From positions 1,984,001 through 2,048,000 of the forward strand of contig OZ176054.1 in assembly GCA_964247055.1 (NCBI GenBank): DNA of 64,000 bases, in the 5' to 3' direction. Numbering within the stretch: the stretch's first letter is position 1; each line of letters begins with the position of its first letter. The translations under genes were made by a program, and so were the position numbers. Below, piece by piece: positions 25,108-37,137 of the stretch. This DNA is from Paragordius varius (taxonomy: Eukaryota > Animalia > Nematomorpha). A model generated the notes under the pieces. That model saw only the letters and a program-made list of their open reading frames with translations. It made no database searches and was not told the origin of the DNA.

Positions 25108-27469
25108 ATGAGCGTTAAAAGTTTGAGTAAAAGCCCAACAACAGAAACGCTTAGTTCACCCCTTGATATTGACCCTTATGCCATTCCAGATCATGTGATT
25201 GGAGAAGAAATTGGTCATGGGAGCTTCGGACAGTTAAGGTATTGCACAAACCTTAACACAAGAGAAATTTTTGCTGTAAAATTGGAACCAATGAGCGCTG
25301 ATATACCCCAACTTCATCGCGAATACAAACTGTACATGAAATTCCATGATAATAATCTAAATAAGGTTGGTGTCATTTTGGATATTGCGATTAGGGTTAC
25401 CCGTATTTTTCGGTTATAACTAATAGGTATGAATGACATTAAAAATTATTTTATTTTGAATTTAACATATATTAAATGAAATATACGACAACATGTCAAT
25501 ATTATTTCAATGTGACAAAGTTTAAGTAAATAATATGTACTGTCAACTATTTGGTAATACGTTGCTATATCTATTTGAGAGATTTTTAAATTATTATATA
25601 ATATCCTCGTCTTATAACAATAGACACCTGGATTACCTATGGCATATTACTATGGTGAAGTTGGTAACAAATACAGAGTATTGGTGATGGATCTCTTAGG
25701 TCCCAACTTACATAATCTCTTTCTGCTTTGTAATAAAGTTTTTACCCTTAAAACGGTCGTTTTAATTGCTTGTCAATTATTGAAACGTATCGAGTATTTG
25801 CACAACAAGGAATACCTGTATCGAGATGTCAAACCCCAAAATTTTTTGATTGGTAGAAGATGCAATCGAACCGAAAACATGATATTTGTGGTAGATTTCG
25901 GGTTATCCAAGGAATATATAGATGAGCATGGTAAGTATCGATTTATAATTTAGTTTATATAAATCCAAAAAATTTAACTCATGAAATATACATTCAAGTA
26001 TAAATTTTTATATAAAATTAACATTATTGACATTATTTACATTCAAATAAAGTTACTGAGTAATTATATCCATTAAATGATATGTATTTATAAATCTTAA
26101 GGTGAACATATACCGTACCGTGAGAAAAAGGCACTTACTGGTACAGCACGATATATGTCAATCAGGACCCATGAAGGAATTGAACAGAGTCGCAGGGATG
26201 ATTTAGAGGGACTTGGATATCTGTTCATATACTTTCTTAAAGGCTCCTTGCCTTGGCAAAATATAAAGACCAAGAAAGACGCTAATTCCAAAGAAAAATA
26301 TAAAAAGATTGCCGAATGTAAGAAAAAAACTACCATTGAGAAGTTATGTGAAGTATGGAGCATTTTAAATTGTAATTTTAAATAAATAGCTCTAAAAGTA
26401 TAATTGATTTAAAAATTTTAGAACACTCCCAAGGAATTTACAACTTACATGAAATATGTGCGAAAACTTGAATTTCAGGACAAGCCTAACTATGAATTTT
26501 TGCAAGGCTTGTTTACAGCCATTCTTAAGCGCAATGACTGGACGGAAGATGGGTTATTTGATTGGGTGGAACAAAGAAATGCTCAACCTTCACCCATACC
26601 ATCCACCCTTTTTAACTATGCTCCCTTGCCTGAACTCAAGGAGGGTGTCCTACCCGGCTATTTTAACATAAGCAATGCCATACCCCAATACGCGAATGAA
26701 TACCAAAAGCAATATTATGCACCTAATAATTTACAAATGGCACCGCTACCAGGTGTAACAATATCACACACAGGGGTCGTTGAGGGATACGTCAACCCTG
26801 TGAGTAGTCAACAGGCGCTAGCAGCAAGCGCCAGTGGTCAAGCCTTAACTGGATTAGCAAATTTAAGTGATAAGGATAAATATGCTAACCCCTACCTTAG
26901 CCCGTACGGAGGAGGAGGGAAACCGATTGCACAATATACGCAATACTTTCCCCCCGAACTTCTAAGTTCATCCAATTCAGTTGTAGCAGAAGATTTATCT
27001 AAGAGTCCTGACAAAAAGTATGACAGAAATATTGTATAATAGCACAATTCTTTTGCTAAATTTATTAAATGCGGTTTAGGGCTTATTAATTTTCGTCAGA
27101 TAAGATAACTAAAATATTTAAAATTAAAACCGTGAAAATTAATTTTTAAATTAACCTAATAAAGGAATTGTTTTATTATTTAAGGCTTTGCTCCTATAAT
27201 TATTACTAATTATTTTTGTGGCTATCCTATACAACTTAATGCCTTTGCTTAATTAATATATAATAAAGAATGCAAAAGGCTAAATATTAAGATATCGTAA
27301 AATCTTCCTTGGTATATTTATAAATAATGAACCATACAATAGAAAAGGCAAAAAAGATGGGAAATTGGGTAAAACAAAAGGGGAGAGCACACCACAATTG
27401 GCCAATAAAGATACATTCACGAACCAAATTAAAAAGATGTTCTGCATCAAAAGCAATGCATCCATATAA
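25108..27469 (+). CDS. CSNK1G: Casein kinase I gamma-like kinase (divergent), 5 exons, ~512 aa; 477 aa if the last intron is retained
   Basis: Exons 25108-25365, 25624-25930, 26102-26352, 26422-27017, 27343-27469. [80 protein letters not shown] and YRDVKP are gamma-type features. The last exon is inferred from a phase-2 GTATGA donor and a TAG acceptor. Confidence 0.9.
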
Positions 27470-29344
27470 CTTTATATTCATTTTTGTGGACTAATGATAA
27501 TCAATAGTTTAATAAATGGTGTGAAAAATTATTGCAAATTAAATAAAGGGGGCATTTGTTGTGCCATTGCCACTTCAAACTTAACGATAAATTATAATAT
27601 TTATTTATGATTTTCTCGTTAAAGTTTTATGATAAATTATTTTACAATAAAAATTAAATATATCTTAACCTACTTTTTAACACATTTTTATTGGGTATTC
27701 CTATTAAGAACCATCAAGTATCTTCAGTTACAACCGGTTTTAAATTATTATCAGTATATCCTAATCTTCCTTATGTCGTCTATGCTAACTTTGTAGCCAC
27801 AGCAATGTCAATATCAAAACACCGGGAAAAATCTATATTGTATTTAAGTTTGCTGTGAAATTTTCTAAAATTAGGCGCATTAGGATTTTTTATGGTAGAC
27901 ACATGGGTTGAAAAAACTTAATTATGATCGATGCATTAGAGTGTGAATATCCATTGTTGAGTATAAATAGATCTACATGTTTTCCAAAATATTTCTTCAA
28001 AGACACAGTTCGGGTTGCTTTTTAAACCTTGTTTATATATTCTAGGAATAAGGATTATCATGGTGCCATTGGATTTGGCCCTTACAAGTAATTTAAGAAA
28101 GTTAATTAGAATTTTGTGGCAACAGTTCCATATCAGAAATTAAAAAAATTTGCGCACATTTTGTAAAAAAATATTTTTTGATGAAAGGTAAATGAATCAT
28201 TCTAAAAAATATCACTAAAATATATCATAAACTACATATAAAAAGCCAAACAATAATTTATAAAAAATTTTAGATGTGGCTGAAAATCACATTTTTTCCC
28301 TCAAATTAATCCTTTAAATCAAGGCAAAAAGGCCTATATTGGTGGATATAAATTTTAAATATATGATAAATAGTGACATCAAAAAATTTGTGAGAAAAAA
28401 TGATATTTTTCTTAAAATTTAATTTATAGCAAAATTTAGTTGAAGCGTTCTTTATACTTTTTCGTCGATAAGAGGTATTCGATGATGCTGAACATTTCTA
28501 TCAGCTCAAAAATTTGATATATATTCCTTCATTTTAGATTTATGTTAAATATATTGTTTTTACAAAAATCCCATTGAAAACAAACGAATGTTTAAAAAAA
28601 TTTCAGCCATAACGATGTTGTGCATCCTGATATTGAAAATTTGATTATATAATAAAGCGTCTTTCTGCCGTTTTCATCCTCAAAATATTATGAAGTACGT
28701 TTCAACAAAACTTTTATATAAACTAAATTTTAAACAAAATATCCCTTTTTTCAAAAAAACTTTTTATTATAATACATAGATTATACATTTTGCTTATTTT
28801 AAGAGAACTAGCCCATGTTAGGAAGGCGTAAAGAGGACTTTCCCAGCCCCCATATATATAAATTATAAAAATATTGTTTTGCTTATATGTAGTTTGTGAT
28901 ATATAATAATATTTTTAGGAATGAGGCAAAAACGCAAATTTTGCCATCTGATAATCACCACAAAAGTATAATTATATTTCTCAAATCACTCGTAAGGGCC
29001 AAAACCAAAAGCACCAGGATTACTAAAATACATTTCTTTATCACAATATATCAGCATTGGACACAGTGTTATGATTACGGTGAAATTAATTTTTTTATTA
29101 GACAAGATAAATTAAGCGTAGACCTACTAAATAACTGGGTTTTCATATACAGAATTAAAATTGTTACGATATAAGAATGTCTATTTTAAAATTTCAAGAT
29201 TGTTGGTTCTATTAATTCTGTTTATTAGTCCATATTAGTGTCACTCACTAAATCTTAAAGGGCCGTGTACCCTATTCAGAGATATTTGACCCATTTGCAG
29301 ATATTTTTACAAATACTGATATAAATAATGGATGATTCTGAGCC

Positions 29345-29402
29345 ATAAAAAAGGACTTTCAGGGCCTCATGCGCCTGGTAGGCCGCGGTTTGATTACCAT
29401 TG
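29345..29402 (-). mobile_element. Solo terminal fragment of the same Buster/Charlie family
   Basis: Reverse complement reads CAATGGTAATCAAACCGCGGCC, 20/22 identical to the left end at 22136. No partner end found. Confidence 0.7.
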
Positions 29403-29780
29403 ATCCATATTATATACAATAGATTTTATCAATCAAGGTTTCGTTTAAATTAGTTGTGATATTTTACATTCTATCATATTTCATAATATCAGGCATTTTT
29501 AATAATATATTTTAATGGATTTAAGGCGCTTAAAAAATATTTTTTAAAAATTTAAAGTTGTAAAACAATCATATCTCAAACTCTATGCCGTCGAAAATAT
29601 TCTGAATTTAATCGCAATAAATTTAAAATGCAAATGTTTTGACAATAAACTTTTGGTTTGTTTCAAATCCAGTATGATCACATAATAGTTGTTTTTTAAT
29701 TTATCAAATTATATTCGAGAGTATTTTAAAAAACAGACGTCCAAATAAGCATTTTCTCACCAAAACATCTGCATTACCAC

Positions 29781-32700
29781 ATGGGTCGAGATATTACGTC
29801 TCAGTTCAGAGTCAATATTTTAAAATATCAAAATCTTGTAAAAATAACCAATGATGTTGGTGCTGAAATGAAAGTAGCTGAAATTGACACGTCATTTAAA
29901 CAGAATTTAACTGATTTAGTATATATTTTTGACTAATTTTTAGACGCTTTTATTATTGCAATTAAAAAATTTTATCAAATCACATTCCATTTCCATAAAG
30001 TACAAAAAATATTTATATAAGAGATATCACTGCTAATGATGCAGAATCATTGGAAACTTTAGTCAATGATTCCATAGTTGTGTGCAATCAAAAGATAAAT
30101 GAGCTAAAAGAAAACAGTTGATAATAATTGTTATATATAGATGTGAATATTCCTATTCAACAAAAACAACATCGAGATATTATATGCCAGTCACTGAATA
30201 TATTCCTGAAAAGTTTAGTTGTATATATTAATTTTAGATTTGTGCAAATCTTATGTGGACAAACAAACCAAAAAAGCTCAAAATATTATGAGACAAATTG
30301 AATTGTAACATTTTGTATATCATAGGTCTAAATTACAAGCAAAACCTAAAATTACACACATATTTGATGCAAATAAATCCATCAAAAGTAATGCCTATAT
30401 ATTAATTTAATTAACAATGTTTGTTAGATAATAAAGTTAATTTATCATTTCGTTGCCTTTTGACTGAGTTTTCCACTGCAGAGCAATATTAAGTGATCGT
30501 AAAAGGTATTAAGATAGCTAAATTCAAAAATATAGCATCACATGGTTTTTAAAGCATACAAACAAATACATATCATATTTTTAAAAAATGTAAAATTCAA
30601 ACTCATAGCCGCAAATTTTTATAGATTTGTTAAATCTCTAAAAAATCTGGCAAATATAAATTGGGTTATAACCTATATCCTTTAGATATATAATTTGACA
30701 ATATGAAGTCAGGTGTTTACTTTAAACAAATTTGGGTGCTACTTAATTTTTAAACTTTTATAAAAACTTAAAAATTAAAAGCTTTTAATAAAGTATGAGA
30801 AATTAGGAAGAAGAACTTATACAAGATTAAATGTTTTGGAAGAGAAAATTCCAATATGTATCCCTCAAACAAAGTCCAAAAACAGTTTAATTTTTTGTTA
30901 ATTATCGCCAAATATTTTAGAGAAACTTTATATGCTATTTATAGGTAATTACAATACTTTGAGTAGTCCCAAAATCAGTAGAAAAGATGACCGTTCAAAT
31001 ATTACTAAAGCACCAATGAATCAAGAATATGAATTATCATATCAGTCAAACTGGGACGATGAAGGAGAAAATGAATTATCGTTTGGTGTGGCTGAATGTC
31101 AAGAAGTATTTATAGTCTTTTTGCGCAATATAGCTAAAAATAATATTTTATTGTATTAATTTCCTAAATTTTTTACTTTATAATTAAAATTTTAGTATAT
31201 TTTAATTTTATTTTTACGTTTGACAAAGATTACTTGTAGCAATCGAAATATTATAATAAATTTATATAATTTTTGCTGAATTATTCCATATATAATAATT
31301 TATGGTATTTTGTTTTACTATTAAAGTAATTTGTTAAAAGTAATTTATTATATACCATTTGCCTTTTAAGAGTGTCCTTGAACACTTAAGTTGGTCCTTG
31401 AACACTTCAAGTTGGTTCTTAAACATTTCAAATTGGTCCTTTAACTTTTTTGTTTTGTTTTAAAATTTTTCAATCAAATCGTAAATCATCCCTCTATTTT
31501 ATCGTTTAAGACCTATTTTCAATTATTTAGCATGAATTTCAAATTAATATCAACTTTTAATCATTGAAAAACACCGTACATCTTTTTTTAATTTCTAAAA
31601 TTATTTTCGATATTTATTTGACACTTAATTAAAAAATATATAAGTTTTCCGGGGTTTTATTTACAATTTTTTCATTTGTTAAATTGGAAAAAAACTAGTT
31701 GAAATAAAAAAGTGGTTTTTAATAAAAAAATTATTTTTAACTGAATAAAATATAATAACTAAAGAAAATTAGGTTAAAAAAATAATAAAATAAAAAAATA
31801 CATGCTAAAATTATGGTTAAATCAAAATTTTAAAATTTTAAGGACCAACTTGAAGTGTTCAAGGATACTCTTGAAGTGCAAATGGTATATCTATATTTTT
31901 ATTGGATAGCTGGCAACTGAAAATGAACGTTTGTATGAAGAATATACGTCTTCAATGACGGAATTACAGTAAATATTTTTGTGGATTTATACCTTTATTT
32001 AAAAAAATTTTACCTAAAAAATAGTTCTAGATAAACCTTTTTTCAAAAAAATCGGTAAGAAAACCGATCAATTTCAGGATTTCTATTTAAACCAAATGAT
32101 AGTAAATAATTTAGATTAAAATATTTTCGATTTGCTTAAATTAAACAAATTTATAAAAATTCTTGTATATCAAATTTTTTCCGTGATCTTTTTTAAATAA
32201 TTCTAAACAATTGATATGATAATTTTTGCATTAATTTCGATTATTATATTTTAAAAACTATCTATACCATTTGTAACGGTATAATTCATTTTTAGTTTAG
32301 TTATTGTATTTCCTTTCTGGAAATGATAACCCTATATAACCATGATTGATTTCATTTATAAGCGGTAATACCGATTGGCAGTCTTAGGCCGTCAACCTAA
32401 CTCTAAATTATCTATTTGGTGCGTTTAAAACAAATTTTGAATTAGTGGTTACTGTATTTAGTGTTTCGAAGATTTTTTATATTTAACTCTCTGCCTACAT
32501 TTTTGCAAAACATTTCAATTTGCCTTAATTTATTTCTTATTAAATAGATGGCTGTTGTCAAGGGATCCCTTGGCATCCCGCTGTGACGGGGTTTAGGTGT
32601 TTGATCATTGCATTGAAAGATTTTTTGTTTAACCAATCTCTGACTTTTATGTTTTTGGCCTGTAGGTCTTGAGTAATGTTATTGTCCCATGTTATTTCTG

Positions 32701-33301
32701 GACGACCAACCCTGTTTTGTTTGTTTGGCTTGACATTTTGTTTTATAATAAATTTGGCACAATGATTTCTTATATAATTCTCTAGCCAAAAGATTATTTG
32801 ATGATTAAGTACATCAAATGAAAAATTATTTTTAACATTCATATGAATTGTAACAAATCGTATTTTTTTCCGTTTACTTATAAATTATTGTTATATTTTG
32901 TTTTTTATATAATTCTAGGTCTATAGAAACGCGCATGGTCGAAATATCGCGTCTTCAAGATATACTAACTGAGAATTTGATCACACAAGTATATAACCTT
33001 ATTTTTGAAATCCATAGAGTTTTATCAATTTATCATGTTGTAAATTTTATATTAATTTGTATAGGAAGAAAGTGTAGACCGAGTAGCCATAACTACAGTT
33101 TCAACGACTGAAAATATAAAAATGGCAAATACGGAAATTATTAAGGTATATCAAACATAATAACTTACTTTTACATTGGGCCCATATTTAAATTGTATGT
33201 TTTAGGCTTTGCAACGAAAGGCTGGTTTACGGATTTGGATTCTCTTCATTATAATTGTGTTGACGCTAACTTTGCTCTTCATAGATTGGTATAATCCCTA
33301 A
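29781..33301 (+). CDS. STX18: Syntaxin-18 (ER Qa-SNARE), 11 exons, ~318 aa; the first five introns are 21-25 nt
   Basis: Exons 29781-29918, 29944-29999, 30022-30116, 30141-30212, 30238-30304, 30326-30387, 30945-31105, 31910-31968, 32919-32988, 33065-33145, 33206-33301 (957 nt). N-peptide MGRDITSQFR, QQKQHR..LKNLCKSY, ELSKL, SNARE core ENERL..IETRMVEISRLQDILTENL..TENIKMAN, and C-terminal TM ending GLRIWILF..LLFIDWY. Confidence 0.93.
31354..31886. mobile_element. Foldback/MITE subfamily B (21-bp unit TTGAACAATTCAAGTTGGTCC), complete, in STX18 intron 7
   Basis: ACCATTTGC...GCAAATGGT termini with ATAT flanks; about 3 units on the left and 1 on the right; interior similar to 49844-50617. Confidence 0.88.
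32560..32800 (-). mobile_element. 3' fragment of an RTE-like non-LTR retrotransposon, in STX18 intron 8
   Basis: Minus frame ...RVGRPEITWDNNITQDLQAKNI... matches the RGRPxxTWxDxIxxDL motif C-terminal to the RT domain in RTE-clade elements. Confidence 0.65.
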
Positions 33302-33577
33302 CAATACGAGGCAAATCGATAGATTATATATTGTAATAAATTAATTCGTTCTTTTTGATGATAGGGCGCAATAATAAATTAATTGCAATATTTATAGTTG
33401 GTTGTTAATTTTAAAGGAATCATCTGTATTATATATTGACATATTTTTGAGCTAAATGTCCCCTGACCTTAGTTGTGAAAAAAATCAGTAATACATAGTA
33501 TCCACATGGCCCATTTAATCTTTCTTATTATATTAAATAAAATAAAAATTCTAATTTTTTTCATTGATTGCTCTTTA

Positions 33578-34645
33578 CACTTTACAACAAATTTTTCTGC
33601 CACTCAAGTTTTTTGCATTTTCTTATATCTACTATCATTTTAAGAGGAAATCTGAAATAAAAATTATAATTCCACCTAAGAATTTTGTATGATTTGATTT
33701 TTTATGATTATGCGCCTTCTTTATCAAAAAGCTAAAAAATGTTCTTTGGAAATATATCATTCGAAAGAGTAATGATAACTCTATAAAATGCATAATATTT
33801 TTACGTCGATAACTAATATTAAACATAGTAAGCGACGACCCCACGAAGCGAGAGCGTTTTTCTCAATTAATATTTTTAAAACTAATGGATGAAAATAGCT
33901 CAAACTTTGTGTAGATGGCAATAATGTTTAAAAAAAATACTCCGAGAAAGTTTTTCTGGCTAAAACATCTATTTATTGCTTTTATGTTATTCAAAACAGC
34001 CATTTTAAATTTTTTTAAAAAAATTACCATCATATCAATATAAATTATTCTCTTTGGAAGGCTTATAATTTTGAAATTTAAAAGAGACTATAAATTAAGT
34101 TTAAGGTATTCTTCATCTTTTATAACCATTATGTAATAAATTAGTTATAACCTAGGCATTTTAGTACCCACTAAGTAAAATAATTATGATATTGATAAGA
34201 TTTATTTAAACAGCAAACCAAAAGCTTATTCACAGATTTAAATATTATACTAATGTAAACCCCATAATTTAAAATAATTTATATGATTTTTACATAAGTT
34301 TGTGTTTTAAAATTTGATTTATTTGAGGATTAAAAATTTTGACGATATTAAACCAAAAACTTTTACAACAGATTAATTTAAATGACCAACTACCATTCGA
34401 AAGATTCATTTTTTGCGCTATTTCGAATGAGATAAAATATATGGCTCTATATTTAAAACTTTTAATTTAAAAATTTCGAGTTTAATGTTAAATCGGGCCA
34501 AAATATTTTGATAAAACCTAATAATAAATAATTCTTGGTTGTTAAATCATTTTTTTAATAATATACTATTAATTTATTCAAATGAAATAAATTTCAAATT
34601 AACAAAGAATGGCATTTAAAATCAGTCAAAATTTGTTGTCTAGTG
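33578..34645. mobile_element. Non-autonomous CACTA-ended (CMC, Chapaev3/EnSpm-like) element, copy 1
   Basis: Ends CACT(TT)ACAACAAATTT / AAATTTGTTGTCTAGTG; TTA on both flanks; colinear with 59506-60616. Confidence 0.8.
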
Positions 34646-34923
34646 TTATGATGGCTTTAATCTACCTGGCCTTTTTTAAATTTATATTTAAAGTAAATTT
34701 AAAAAAGGATATTTTGAAGATGTAAATCAGGTGTTATATTGAATGGGCAAATACGTTTGGTAATTGCATCCAATAAAATTTTCGGCATTCCCAGGGTAAA
34801 ATAATTAAAATTATATTAAAAAATAAACGTCATACCATTGATTCTTAAACTGCTGCCACTACCTTCGTTATTTTGTGGTAAAAGATAAATTTTTCTCTCA
34901 CATTCGCAACACAATATTATGCA

Positions 34924-35250
34924 ATGCAAGGTGTATTCATCAACATAAACATCCAGACATTTACCTATTTATATAAATCTGTCCAAAGAAATCTTGTTCT
35001 TAACCAAATATAACTTTAATAAATCGATATTTTTATTCCCTAATTTCAAAACCGCCAGTTTAAAATCGCATAAATATTCCTGGGCCCGGCCTATAATATA
35101 ATCTAATAGGACCTGATTGGATTAAATATAAAATTTTCGACTTGTATTTTTTGAATGACGCTACTTTGATATGGAGTTTCGCGATTCGAGTGAGTTGAAT
35201 AATTTCGTTGTTACCCACATCGACGATATATTTATGAACAGCATTTGAGA
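34924..35250 (+). mobile_element. Possible highly degenerate Ty1/copia-type reverse transcriptase relic
   Basis: Ordered pieces INIQTFTYLYKSVQRNLVL (cf. IDIKxAFLQG..RDVYL), DATLIW and VVTHIDDIF (HVDD/YVDD catalytic motif), broken by stops and a frameshift. Confidence 0.4.
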
Positions 35251-35781
35251 TTATATACTGATTTATTAATCACTCGTATAAATTTTTAATAAACTTTGGG
35301 GCGTGTTTCTGTAATTAAATTCACTGGATTTTAAACCTATAGTTTTTGAACAATGTCATTCAATTAGTATTTAGCTGTTTTACTTCCTCCCATACATATT
35401 AAAGTTTTAGGATAGATATAAACTTTGGAGTATATAATGCCAGTATAAAAATTTATAATTATATTTATATGTTTGTGCGTAAGATCTATTTTGTAGTAAG
35501 ACCAGCTTGATACAACACATTCTCTATGTGACAACTAATTTTAGGTTTACCATGTTTTATTTAGACTATCATCCGATCATACAAATGCTTAGCTACAATT
35601 ATGGAATGTAAAAATGATCAATAAGTTCAAAAAACACTGCATTAAAACTTTTAGAGCGACTCAGGCTATATAAGCTTATATTAGCTTATGCAAAATACCC
35701 CTTAATTATTTAAATGGCCCATAAGTTTCCCAATATACTTGTATGTCATCATATGCTATTTATTAAAATCTTCTAATTATA

Positions 35782-36061
35782 CAGTAAAAATTGAAATTAT
35801 ACGGATAAAACGTAAATATAACAAATATTTTTCCAAAAACATCTGCACTTTTTTAAACTTGAATCTTTTAATTATAAGTCATTGTTTTGAATTACAAAGT
35901 ATGAAATAAAATTGTATATTGATAACATAAAATCAATTTTACGTTTAGCAATAGTAATTGTATAAATTATATGAGAAAAATTAAGGTTCGAAAAATTATG
36001 GTTGTCTTTTAAAAAAATTGTCTTATTTTTATGATTTGTCCGAGTAATTTAATTTTTACAT
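35782..36061. mobile_element. Tc1/pogo-type MITE (~280 bp), copy 1
   Basis: TA-CAGTAAAAATTGAAATTATACGGATAAAAC at the left, degenerate inverted copy at the right; interior similar to 46274-46555. Confidence 0.7.
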
Positions 36062-37137
36062 TATTTCCATAAGGGATATGACCTATGATTGATTTGCACT
36101 TATATACTTTCATAGGTTTTCGAAAATGTTTTTATAGGTAAAACCAGAATATGCATTACCTAACTTGCTTATATAGAAAATTGCTACCATTAATTGTACA
36201 AAAAATTCTTTAAATATTAAATACATTCATTTCACAATTTAATGCACCCAAAAAAATATTTTTTGTTTATATTCAATTAAAACGGTTACTGGGTTTGGTA
36301 AAAATAATTTTCATATATTAAACAAATTATTATTACTATTTAAGAATTGCTGGTTAAATTTTCAAAGTTATTTAAAATGTTCCCTCCGACGAAGTTTAAC
36401 CCAAACGGGAAAATAATATTTTCTTTGAGTACAGGAAATGTTTTACTTAATTAGCCGCTTTATCGCAAAAAGACTCGTATGTTGTTTGTTGGGAAATTAG
36501 CCCAAATTATTAAATTGAACACAATCTTTATGTACAAACTTTTAAAATAACTTACAGTTATGGTCCGTTGCAAATTGTGTCTATAAGAGTAGTTAGATCG
36601 GATGTAAATTTAATGGTTTTTTAATAAAAACTATGACAAAACAACAAAACATTTATTCCAATAACTGAACTTTATCCTTTTTATTTAATTATTTCATGTA
36701 ATATCCGCCGCTATTTCGGTAAATTAGCTTTCTACGTCAAAGGACAAAATGTGTTAAATTGGCATAATTTACGAATCTTAAACTTTCCAGCCACAACATA
36801 TAAATGAACTTTGGTTTGAAATTAGTTAAAATATTATTTGTTTTGGTCTGATACTAGATTACGAAAAATTTAATAGATTTATATTTTTTGTAATTGGCTT
36901 AATTCCATTTTGTGTTTTGCGCCATAAAAGGTTTTAAATTGTACATTTATTTTCCCATCTATTTATCATGTCTGTTTTACATCATATTTTAGAGAGGTGA
37001 TAAAAAATGTAATAAAATTTGTTTATCATATCAATAAAGCGTATTTTTTTATTGTCTGATCTTCTACTAAAATCACTATAAATACCCACCCGAATTAAGG
37101 TGTACGTTGAAACTAAAAAACCAAATTTTAATTACGC

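Noticed and set aside
30428-30506. Extra STX18 exon
   Set aside because: Including it from the 30427 acceptor gives an in-frame stop; splicing 30387 directly to 30945 keeps phase and the 11-exon structure.
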